A stretch of DNA of 64,000 nt from Terriglobia bacterium (GTDB taxonomy: Bacteria > Acidobacteriota > Polarisedimenticolia > Polarisedimenticolales > JAIQFR01): contig CAVVHE010000004.1 in assembly GCA_963748015.1 (NCBI GenBank), forward strand, positions 512,001-576,000, in the 5' to 3' direction. Of the stretch, positions 25,379-33,414 are shown in pieces. The first letter of the stretch is position 1; the number at the start of each line of letters is the position of its first letter. The notes below the pieces were generated by a model, which saw only the letters and a list, made by a program, of their open reading frames with translations, had not been told where the DNA came from and did not search any database. Made by a program: the position numbers and the translations under genes.

Positions 25379-25543
25379 CTAGTGTCTCGTACCCGAAGTC
25401 CCGTTAACATCGAGGCCGTCGATGCGCCCGGCCTGCGAGGAGCGACGAGGGAGCATACCGGGAGTATTCGACCGAGGAGCGACGAAGCAGGCCGGGATGC
25501 AGCGGCGGCCGAATGTAACGCGACTTCGGGTACGAGACACTAG
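25379..25543. mobile_element. MITE-like element with CTAG ends in the lexA leader
   Basis: Perfect 22-bp IR CTAGTGTCTCGTACCCGAAGTC (25379-25400/25522-25543); internal direct repeat GAGGAGCGACGA x2; no coding capacity. Confidence 0.65.
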
Positions 25544-25558
25544 GGTTGGAGGTCGCCC

Positions 25559-26161
25559 ATGGCGCTGACGCGAAGGCAGCGGGAAGTCGTCGACGTGATC
25601 CGGGATTTCATCTCGCGGAACGGGTACTCGCCGAGCCTCGAGGAAATCGGCAAGGCGCTCGGTCTGTCGTCCGTCGCGACGGTTCACAAGCACGTCACGC
25701 ACCTCGTGTCGAAAGGGTACGCGCGACGTGTCTGGAATCAGAACCGCTCGATCGAGCTCACCGGGGGCCCGGGCGCGGTCGTGCTCGGGGTTCCCGTGAC
25801 GGGCCTGCTTGCCGCGGGTGCGCCGATCGTGACGGTGCCGGACGGCGGCACCACGCTCGTTCCCGGGGACTTCACGGCGGAAGGCCGGAAGGCGGTGGCG
25901 TTCAGGGTGTCCGGAGACTCGCTCCTCCACGCGGGAATGCGGGACGGAGACCTCGCGGTCGTCGAGGAGAGGGGGGAGGCGGCCGACGGCGAGTCGGTTG
26001 TCGCGATGCGCGACGGCGCGGCCGCCGTGGCGACCTTCCGCAGGGAGGGGGAGCGCTCGTGGCTCGAACACGGAGAGGGGAACCTCGCCGAGTCGTTGCA
26101 GGGGCCGTTCGAGGTCCGCGGCGTGCTCCTCGGTCTGGTTCGGCGGTACCCGAAATCGTGA
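25559..26161 (+). CDS. lexA: LexA-family repressor (catalytic Lys apparently absent)
   Basis: LTRRQREV..GYSPSLEEIG..LGLSSVATVHKH wHTH; LAAG cleavage site; RVSGDS; near recA. Confidence 0.85.
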   Translation: MALTRRQREVVDVIRDFISRNGYSPSLEEIGKALGLSSVATVHKHVTHLVSKGYARRVWNQNRSIELTGGPGAVVLGVPVTGLLAAGAPIVTVPDGGTTLVPGDFTAEGRKAVAFRVSGDSLLHAGMRDGDLAVVEERGEAADGESVVAMRDGAAAVATFRREGERSWLEHGEGNLAESLQGPFEVRGVLLGLVRRYPKS

Positions 26162-27027
26162 GCCGGGAGACGCTCCGCTCGAGGTTCGAGACTCCGAGAG
26201 GGCCGGTGTGGCTCGATGGCCGTTTCGTCGACCCGCAGGAGGCGACCCTCGCCGTCACCGACCCCGCGGTCCAGTTCGGCCTCGGGGTGTTCGAGACGGT
26301 CGCGGTGCGCGATGGGCGCGCGATGGAAGGCGGCGCGCACCTGGGGCGCCTGTCGACTTGCGCGGCGAGAATCGGAGTGACCCTTCCGCGGATGGCCGAC
26401 CTCGAGGCCGCGATCGCGCAACTCGCCCGCGGCGTCGAGGGTGGCTGCGGCTGGCTCCGAATCATCGCGAGCCGCTCGGGGCGGTGCGCCGTGTTCGCCG
26501 GACCGATGGATCCCGCGGAGGAGGGGAAGAGCGTTCGCGCGGTCCTGCTCCCGTGGCGGCGCTGCCCGGCCGACGCTCTCGCGGGGCTCAAGAGCCTGAA
26601 CTACGCGGCGAACGTCCTCGGGATCGAGGAAGCGCAGCGCCGTGGCGCGGACGAGGGGCTGTGGCTCAACACCCGCGGGCATCTCGCGGAGGGCTGCTCC
26701 GCGAACCTCTTCGTGGTGAAGCGGCGCGCCGTGTTCACCCCCGCCGCGCGTGACGGGATCCTGGCGGGCATCGTCCGCGGACTCGCGATCCACGCCGCGC
26801 GCTCCCTCGGCTATCTCCTCCACGAGGGGAAGGTGCGGTTGCCGCGCCTGCTCGGAGCGGACGAGGCCTTCCTGACGTCGAGCACGCGGGGAATACGCCC
26901 CCTGGTCGAGTTCGAGGGACGGCCGGTCGGCAAGGGCCGGCCGGGGCCGGTCACGGCCGCGGTCGCCGCGGAGGTGAGAAGGCTGCGCGGGATCGGTGGG
27001 AATCGAGCGACCTCCCCGGGATCGTGA
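26158..27027 (+). CDS. PLP aminotransferase class IV (IlvE/PabC-like)
   Basis: FGLGVFET, LKSLNY, EGCSANLF, ILAGIVR, ADEAFLTSS. Confidence 0.88.
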   Translation: MSRETLRSRFETPRGPVWLDGRFVDPQEATLAVTDPAVQFGLGVFETVAVRDGRAMEGGAHLGRLSTCAARIGVTLPRMADLEAAIAQLARGVEGGCGWLRIIASRSGRCAVFAGPMDPAEEGKSVRAVLLPWRRCPADALAGLKSLNYAANVLGIEEAQRRGADEGLWLNTRGHLAEGCSANLFVVKRRAVFTPAARDGILAGIVRGLAIHAARSLGYLLHEGKVRLPRLLGADEAFLTSSTRGIRPLVEFEGRPVGKGRPGPVTAAVAAEVRRLRGIGGNRATSPGS

Positions 27028-27068
27028 TAGAACGAGCCAAGGGGAACGAGAGAAGGCTGGAGGAACGG

Positions 27069-27230
27069 ATGGAGCACGCGGCGGCGCAAGCGACCGGTTG
27101 GATCGTCAACACGACCCATGCGTGGGTGTTCGTCGGGTGCTGGGTGGCCGTGGTCTTGGTCTACGGCTTCTGGCGCTCTCGCGGCCAAGCGCCGCAAGAC
27201 GAGATCCGTCCTTCCGGCCCGACGGAGTAA
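27069..27230 (+). CDS. small single-pass membrane protein (53 aa)
   Basis: GGAGG RBS at 27059-27063; hydrophobic AWVFVGCWVAVVLVYGFW followed by a basic residue. Confidence 0.5.
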   Translation: MEHAAAQATGWIVNTTHAWVFVGCWVAVVLVYGFWRSRGQAPQDEIRPSGPTE

Positions 27231-27279
27231 CGGACGGCGCGCCGCGCGCGTCCCTCTCGATCGAGGTATCGGTGGGGGA

Positions 27280-27355
27280 TGGTGGCTCGGGACGGAATTG
27301 AACCGCCGACGCAGGGATTTTCAGTCCCTCGCTCTACCAGCTGAGCTACCGAGCC
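27280..27355 (-). tRNA. tRNA-Phe (GAA)
   Basis: Reverse complement GGCTCGGTAGCTCAGCTGGTAGAGCGAGGGACTGAAAATCCCTGCGTCGGCGGTTCAATTCCGTCCCGAGCCACCA; 76 nt cloverleaf with CCA. Confidence 0.97.
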
Positions 27356-27432
27356 TCCTGACGGATCTCGAAAAACCGGAAGATTCTCGCACCCGGGCGC
27401 GCGGGCGTCAAGTTCCGCGCACTCCGCGGCGG

Positions 27433-28509
27433 TCAGCCGCGCGCCTTCGACTTCGCCTTTTCGCCCTCGAGCGTCGCCGGGGCCGGGGTGGGGGCCGCGG
27501 TCGGCTGCCTCTTCCCGAGGCCGAGTGTCTCCCGGAGCTTCACCTCGATCTCCGCCGCCAGGTCGGGGTTGTCCTTCATGAAGACGCGGGCGTTCTCGCG
27601 CCCCTGGCCGAGCCGGATCTCGCCGTAAGAGAACCAGGAGCCCGCCTTCTCGACGAGCTTGTGGGCGATCCCGAGGTCGAGCAGGTCGCCCTCGCGCGAG
27701 ATCCCCTCGCCGTACAGGATGTCGAACTCGGCGGAGCGGAACGGAGGGGCGACCTTGTTCTTGACCACCTTGAGGCGCGTGCGGTTCCCCGTCGTGTCCT
27801 CGCCCTCCTTGATCGCGCCGATGCGTCGGATGTCGAGACGCATGGAGGCGTAGAACTTCAGCGCGCGGCCGCCGCTGGTGGTTTCGGGGTTGCCGAACAT
27901 CACGCCGATCTTCTCGCGCATCTGGTTGATGAAGATCAGGGCCGTCCCGCTCTTGGACACGATCCCGGCCAGCTTCCGCAGCGCCTGGGACATCAGCCTC
28001 GCCTGGAGGCCGACGTGGGAGTCGCCCATCTCGCCGTCGAGCTCCGCCTTGGGCACGAGGGCCGCGACCGAGTCGACCACGACGACGTCGATCGCCCCCG
28101 AGCGGATCAGGATCTCCGCGATCTCGAGCGCCTGCTCGCCGGAATCCGGCTGGGACACCATGAGGTTGTCCACGTCGCAGCCGAGTTTCTTGGCGTAGTC
28201 CGGGTCGAGGGCGTGCTCCGCGTCGATGAACGCGGCGATCCCCCCCTGCCTCTGGGACTCCGCGACGACGTGGAGGGCGAAGGTGGTCTTTCCCGAGGAC
28301 TCGGGGCCGAAGATCTCCACCACCCGTCCCTTCGGGATGCCGCCGACGCCGAGGGCGTAGTCGATGGACAGGGAGGACGTCGAGATGACCGGCACCTCGA
28401 CGTGCCCGCGGTCGCCCAGCTTCATGATGGAGCCCTTGCCGAACTGGCGCTCGATCTGCGAGACGGCAAGGTCCATCGCCTTCGTTCTTTCCTTCGAGTC
28501 TGGCATCAT
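27433..28509 (-). CDS. recA: recombinase RecA
   Basis: [35 protein letters not shown]. Confidence 0.99.
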   Translation of the reverse strand: MMPDSKERTKAMDLAVSQIERQFGKGSIMKLGDRGHVEVPVISTSSLSIDYALGVGGIPKGRVVEIFGPESSGKTTFALHVVAESQRQGGIAAFIDAEHALDPDYAKKLGCDVDNLMVSQPDSGEQALEIAEILIRSGAIDVVVVDSVAALVPKAELDGEMGDSHVGLQARLMSQALRKLAGIVSKSGTALIFINQMREKIGVMFGNPETTSGGRALKFYASMRLDIRRIGAIKEGEDTTGNRTRLKVVKNKVAPPFRSAEFDILYGEGISREGDLLDLGIAHKLVEKAGSWFSYGEIRLGQGRENARVFMKDNPDLAAEIEVKLRETLGLGKRQPTAAPTPAPATLEGEKAKSKARG

Positions 28510-28742
28510 GGGAATCTCCAGGGGAGGCGTCGAATCACCGGCTGGCCGAGGAACCCCGGCCTCGATGGAGGTTAGGCGATCGCCTCCGGCCCTGTCAAGG
28601 CGTCCGGTTTCCGTGACGAAATCTCGATGATGGGACCGTTCTTTGGGTGGGGCGATGCCTTGAATCCTCAATCCATAGCGGGTGGCGCTCCCATCACTTT
28701 GGGTGGGCAGCGCGTAGGTTGAATTAGTTAAGAATTTGAAAG

Positions 28743-28771
28743 TTGACAGCCCCGATAGTGGCGCCTATGAT
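28743..28771 (+). promoter_or_regulatory. sigma70-type promoter of mltD
   Basis: TTGACA-N17-TATGAT with AT-rich upstream tract. Confidence 0.65.
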
Positions 28772-28835
28772 TTGCGGCGGCTTGGACGACCCGCGCCCCA
28801 GAGCCCACGGGGCGCTTAACGTTGGAGGAGTCGGC

Positions 28836-30668
28836 GTGCGCTGGCTGCAGGACTCCCAACTCGAGAAGCCGCGCCTTGCCGTCGTCCTGCCTCTTCTCGT
28901 GCTTCTGTTGGTGTCGGGCTGCGCGACGAGATCGTCCAGGGAGGTCACCTCCCCTCCGCCGCCGTCCGCCCCGGAGAAGTCCGAGCCCGCCATCCCGTCC
29001 GCCAGGAGCGTCGAGGAAGCGCTCTTCAGCGCGAGGGCTCGCCAGGCGGCCGGCGAGCGGGCGGTCGCGGAGGGTGACGCCGCCACCGCCAAGCGGGAAT
29101 TCGAGGCCGCCCTCGACGTGCTCGCGGCCGCGGGAGACGACCCCAGGGTGACCGAGGTCGCCTCGGACGTGGTCGAGGAGCTCAAGGCCCTCGAAGGGGC
29201 CGGGGGAGCCGAACAGGGCGAGGCCGACGAGATCGAGCCTTCCCCGCTCGACGAGCTGGCGACGCCGCCACCGGAGCTGAGCCCCGGCCAGATCGAGCAG
29301 GAGCGGAGCCTGATCGACTACGCCGGCCTGAAGTTCGACATCCCGTTCGTGGTGAACGACCGCGTCATCGGGTGGGTGGACTTCTTCACGAACCGCAACC
29401 GCGAGAAGTTCGTCCCGGGGCTGATCCGCTCCGGCCGCTACCTGCCGATGATCCAGCGGATCTTCGAGGAGGAAGGGCTCCCGAAAGACCTCGGCTACAT
29501 GGCGCACGTCGAGAGCGCCTACAAGGTGAACGCCTTCTCCCGCGCGAAGGCCAAGGGGATCTTCCAGTTCATCGCCGCTACGGGACGTCGCTACGGTCTC
29601 AGGATCGATTCGTGGGTGGACGAGCGCTCCGATCCCGAGAAGGCGACCCGCGCCGCGACCGCGTACCTCAAGGACCTCTACGGGATGTTCGGCGACTGGT
29701 ACCTCGCGATGGCCGCGTACAACGCCGGCGAGGGGAAGATCCAGCGCGCGATCGACCGGACGGGAAAGCGGGATTTCTGGGCGCTCGCGTCGACCCGCCT
29801 ACTCCGCAACGAGACCGTCAACTACGTGCCCGCCATCCTCGCCGCGACCTTGATCTCGAAGGACCCGAAGCGCTTCGGTTTCGAGTTCGAGCCGGATGCA
29901 GCCGTGGAATACGAGACGATCCGGGTCGAGGGCTCCGTGCACCTCAAGGTGCTCGCGCGGTGCGCGGGGACCGATCTCGAGACGATGCAGAAGCTGAACC
30001 CCGCGCTCCGCCGGCGCCAGACCCCTACCGGCACCACCGAGGTGCGGGTGCCTCCGGGAACCGGCTCGGCGACCCTCGCGGCCCTCGCGGACGTCCCCGC
30101 GGCCGACCGCGCGATCGTCGCGCGGCACGTCGTGGAGAAGGGCGACACGCTCGGCAAGCTTGCCAAGCAGTACGGCGTGCGGTCCTCCGAGATCCAGAAG
30201 GCCAACCGGATGGGGAAACGGACGAGCCTCCGGCCCGGCGAGTCGCTGGTCGTGCCGGGGGGCACGGCCGATGTGGCCGACGCCACCCTGGAGAGACGGC
30301 CCCCGCGTTCCGAGGGCGCCACGATCTATCGCGTGCACAAGGGGGACACCCTGTCCTCCGTGGCGCGGCGCTACGGGGTCACGCCGGCGGCGATCGCGAG
30401 AGCCAGCGGGATCCCGGTGAACGGCGTCCTCGGCGTCGGGCAGCGCCTGACCATTCCCGGAACGGGCGAGACCGTGGCGAAGACGCGCTCGTCGAAATCC
30501 GGGAAAGCCGCCTCGGATGGCACCCGCGTCGTCCACACGGTTCGGCCCGGCGAGACCCTTCTCCGGATCGCCCAGCGCTACCAGGTCACCGTGGACCGGA
30601 TTTGCGCCCTGAACGCCCTCCAACCGGACCAGACGATCTATCCCGGCCTGAAGCTCACGATCCAGTAG
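28836..30668 (+). CDS. mltD: lytic murein transglycosylase D-like lipoprotein (SLT plus three LysM)
   Basis: Lipobox VSGC; VES, AAYNAGEG, ETVNYVP; three LysM repeats (GDTL/GETL). Confidence 0.85.
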   Translation: MRWLQDSQLEKPRLAVVLPLLVLLLVSGCATRSSREVTSPPPPSAPEKSEPAIPSARSVEEALFSARARQAAGERAVAEGDAATAKREFEAALDVLAAAGDDPRVTEVASDVVEELKALEGAGGAEQGEADEIEPSPLDELATPPPELSPGQIEQERSLIDYAGLKFDIPFVVNDRVIGWVDFFTNRNREKFVPGLIRSGRYLPMIQRIFEEEGLPKDLGYMAHVESAYKVNAFSRAKAKGIFQFIAATGRRYGLRIDSWVDERSDPEKATRAATAYLKDLYGMFGDWYLAMAAYNAGEGKIQRAIDRTGKRDFWALASTRLLRNETVNYVPAILAATLISKDPKRFGFEFEPDAAVEYETIRVEGSVHLKVLARCAGTDLETMQKLNPALRRRQTPTGTTEVRVPPGTGSATLAALADVPAADRAIVARHVVEKGDTLGKLAKQYGVRSSEIQKANRMGKRTSLRPGESLVVPGGTADVADATLERRPPRSEGATIYRVHKGDTLSSVARRYGVTPAAIARASGIPVNGVLGVGQRLTIPGTGETVAKTRSSKSGKAASDGTRVVHTVRPGETLLRIAQRYQVTVDRICALNALQPDQTIYPGLKLTIQ

Positions 30669-30717
30669 CTCCCGCCTCCTCCGTCACGGTCCCGTTCCGC
30701 CTCCCACGGGTCATCTC

Positions 30718-32241
30718 ATGCTCGGACGCGCCACGGGTGCGGTGCTGATCGGTGTCGAGGCTCGCCTGGTGGAGGTCGAGGTGGATCTCGCGGGCGGGCT
30801 TCCGAGCGTCTCCGCGGTGGGGTTGCCGGACGCCGCGGTCAGGGAGGGGATCGAGCGGATCCGCTCGGCCATCCCGCACGCCGGATTCACGCTGCCCGAC
30901 GGCCGCGCGATCATCAACCTGGCGCCGGCGGAGATCCAGAAGCAGGGGACGGGGCTCGACCTCCCGATCGCGGTCGCGCTCCTGGCCGCCGCGGGGCAGA
31001 TCACCGCGAGCCGTCCCGATGACACCGTGATCGCGGGCGAGCTGGGCCTCGACGGGTCCGTGAGGCCGATCCGCGGGGCGCTCTCGATCGCGATGGAAGC
31101 CGCGCGCGCCGGCCGGCGCCGGGTGCTCGTTCCGAGCGAGAACGCCCAGGAAGCGGGACTGATCGCGGAGATCGAGGTGGTGGCGGTCGGCTCCCTCGCG
31201 GACGTCGCCGCGCCGAACGGGTGCGGGACGCTCGGCTCGAGGCCGGACCTCGCCGCGTGGATCCGCGCGGCGGAAGCGGGGAGGTCGGCGCACGACCTCG
31301 CCGACGTGCGCGGCCAGGCGCTCGCGCGGCGGGCGCTCGAGGTCGCCGCGGCGGGAGGACACCACCTCCTGCTGTCCGGGCCGCCGGGGTCGGGCAAGAG
31401 CATGCTGGCGCAGCGGCTGCCGGGGATCCTCCCGGCGATGACTCCCGACGAGGCGCTCGAGGTCACGCGCGTCTGGAGCGCGGGAGGGCTCTCCCGGGGT
31501 CTCGTGACCACGCGTCCCTTCCGCGCCCCGCACCACGGGATCTCGTTCGCGGGGCTCACGGGCGGAGGGCTGCGCTTGAGGCCGGGGGAGGTGAGCCTCG
31601 CGACGCACGGCGTGCTGTACCTCGACGAGCTTCCCGAGTTTCGCCGCGACGCGCTGGAGGGGCTGCGCCAGCCGCTCGAGGACGGGACGATCACCGTGGT
31701 TCGGGTCAACGCCAGCGCGACGTTTCCGAGCCGGTTCATGCTTGTGGCGTCGATGAATCCTTGTCCGTGCGGCCACCACGGCAGCCCCGGCGGCAAATGC
31801 GGCTGCACGCCGCTCGAGATCCGGCGCTACCTCGCGAAGCTGTCGGGGCCGCTGATCGATCGGTTCGACATCGTGGTGGAGGTGCCGCCGGTCGAGCTGG
31901 CGGCGCTGTCGTCGCCGGCGCGCGGGGAGCCCTCGTCGATCGTTCGGGCGCGCGTGGTCGCCGCCCGCGACCGGCAGCGGGAGCGATTCCGCCCGAGCGG
32001 CCCGACCTGCAACGCGAGAATGGGGCCGGGCGACCTCGACCGGTTCGCGCCGCTCGCGCCCCCGGCGCGCCGCGTGCTTCTCGACGCCTGCGAGCGGATC
32101 GGCCTCTCGGCCCGCGGCTTCGATCGGGTACGCCGCGTCGCGCGCACCCTCGCGGATCTCGAAGACGCGGACGCGATCGAGCCCCGCCACGTCGCCGAGG
32201 CCGTGCAGTACCGGAGGGCGCTGGTGCTGGGGGCAGGGTGA
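30718..32241 (+). CDS. comM: ComM/YifB Mg-chelatase-like AAA+ ATPase
   Basis: VGLPDAAVRE, GPPGSGKSM, RPFRAPHH, LDELPEF, MNPCPCG. Confidence 0.92.
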   Translation: MLGRATGAVLIGVEARLVEVEVDLAGGLPSVSAVGLPDAAVREGIERIRSAIPHAGFTLPDGRAIINLAPAEIQKQGTGLDLPIAVALLAAAGQITASRPDDTVIAGELGLDGSVRPIRGALSIAMEAARAGRRRVLVPSENAQEAGLIAEIEVVAVGSLADVAAPNGCGTLGSRPDLAAWIRAAEAGRSAHDLADVRGQALARRALEVAAAGGHHLLLSGPPGSGKSMLAQRLPGILPAMTPDEALEVTRVWSAGGLSRGLVTTRPFRAPHHGISFAGLTGGGLRLRPGEVSLATHGVLYLDELPEFRRDALEGLRQPLEDGTITVVRVNASATFPSRFMLVASMNPCPCGHHGSPGGKCGCTPLEIRRYLAKLSGPLIDRFDIVVEVPPVELAALSSPARGEPSSIVRARVVAARDRQRERFRPSGPTCNARMGPGDLDRFAPLAPPARRVLLDACERIGLSARGFDRVRRVARTLADLEDADAIEPRHVAEAVQYRRALVLGAG

Positions 32242-32488
32242 TGCGACGTGTCTCCACCGGCCGGGACCCACGGTCCGGTCCGGGGCGGATCGCCTGATCG
32301 CCGCGTGCGAGGTCCGGAATGGCCTCGCGGCGCTTCATCACGGCCGCGATTTCGATCTTCTCGCGCGGGCCTCGATCCTCGACGCACGACGTATCCGCTC
32401 CTGAACAGGCAGCCTCCGGCCCTTCTTGCGGCCCGGAGGGACGATCTCCAAGCTGCCAACCTCGACCGCCGCGCCGGTCGCGGCCGAT

Positions 32489-32517
32489 TTGACTTCCCCC
32501 GGGCCCGCCGGTATGCT
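32489..32517 (+). promoter_or_regulatory. sigma70-type promoter for the anti-sigma/STAS pair
   Basis: TTGACT-N17-TATGCT. Confidence 0.55.
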
Positions 32518-32576
32518 CCTTCGAACCCAGCGGCTTCCACTGGTTTGGCCGCCAGGTACAGGAGTTCCAGGGAAAC

Positions 32577-33026
32577 ATGGCGGCCGCGACCTCGGTGAGA
32601 CTCGTGATTCCCAGCGAGGTCCGGCTCGTGGACTTGGTCCACACCCTGACGGAGAAGCTGGCGGAGATCATCGGGTTCGAAGAGGAAGAGGGATTGAACG
32701 CGGCGCTGGCGGTCCGGGAGGCCCTGATCAACGCCATCGTCCACGGCAACCGGTCCGATCCCTCGCTCGACGTTGAAGTGGACATGGTCGCGACTCACGA
32801 CCGGCTCGAGGCCAGGGTGGTGGACAGGGGACGCGGCTTCGATCCGGGCGCGACGGCGGATCCGACCGAGGGAAACAACCTGTTGCGGACGTCCGGCCGC
32901 GGGCTCCTGCTCATCCGGGCATTCGTGGACGACGTCAGTTTTCGTTACCTCGATGGGCGCGGCATGGAGGTCACGCTAGTCAAGGCTCACCGCCCCCCGC
33001 GCGAGGCGGAGGCAGGCCGGTCGTGA
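32577..33026 (+). CDS. RsbW-like anti-sigma factor / serine kinase
   Basis: EALINAIVHGN, DRGRGFD, SGRGLLLI. Confidence 0.88.
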   Translation: MAAATSVRLVIPSEVRLVDLVHTLTEKLAEIIGFEEEEGLNAALAVREALINAIVHGNRSDPSLDVEVDMVATHDRLEARVVDRGRGFDPGATADPTEGNNLLRTSGRGLLLIRAFVDDVSFRYLDGRGMEVTLVKAHRPPREAEAGRS

Positions 33027-33054
33027 CGACCGGCGGTTCCAGGAGGACAGGAAG

Positions 33055-33393
33055 ATGATGAAGGCCGCGCTCCGGCAGGTCGGCAACGTTTCGGTGCTGG
33101 ACCTGTCAGGGAAAATCACGATCGGCGAGGGAGACGTGGTGCTCCGGGACAAGGTCCACGAGCTCCTCGACTCGGGCAAGAGCCAGATCCTGCTCAACCT
33201 CGACAAGATCTCCTACATGGATTCCGCCGGCATCGGCGAGCTGGTGGCGTGCTACAAGCGAGCCCGGGAGAAGGGCGGCGCGGTGCGGCTCCTGAAGCCC
33301 CAGGGGAAGGTCGCGGACCTGCTGCAGCTCACGAAGCTCGAGCAGGTCTTCGACACCTTCGGCAACGAAGCCGACGCCCTCAAGTCGTTCTGA
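33055..33393 (+). CDS. STAS-domain anti-anti-sigma factor (RsbV-like)
   Basis: LDLSGKI, YMDSAGIGEL. Confidence 0.9.
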   Translation: MMKAALRQVGNVSVLDLSGKITIGEGDVVLRDKVHELLDSGKSQILLNLDKISYMDSAGIGELVACYKRAREKGGAVRLLKPQGKVADLLQLTKLEQVFDTFGNEADALKSF

Positions 33394-33414
33394 CGGCTCG
33401 CTCCGGCCCGGCCG

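Noticed and set aside
27280..27355. tRNA-Phe as an integration site of a genomic island
   Set aside because: No integrase, no duplicated tRNA 3' end seen and no compositional shift in the flanking genes
32242..32488. ~250-bp gap after comM as a gene remnant or ncRNA
   Set aside because: No recognisable protein motif, RBS-start pair, long inverted repeat or junction motif
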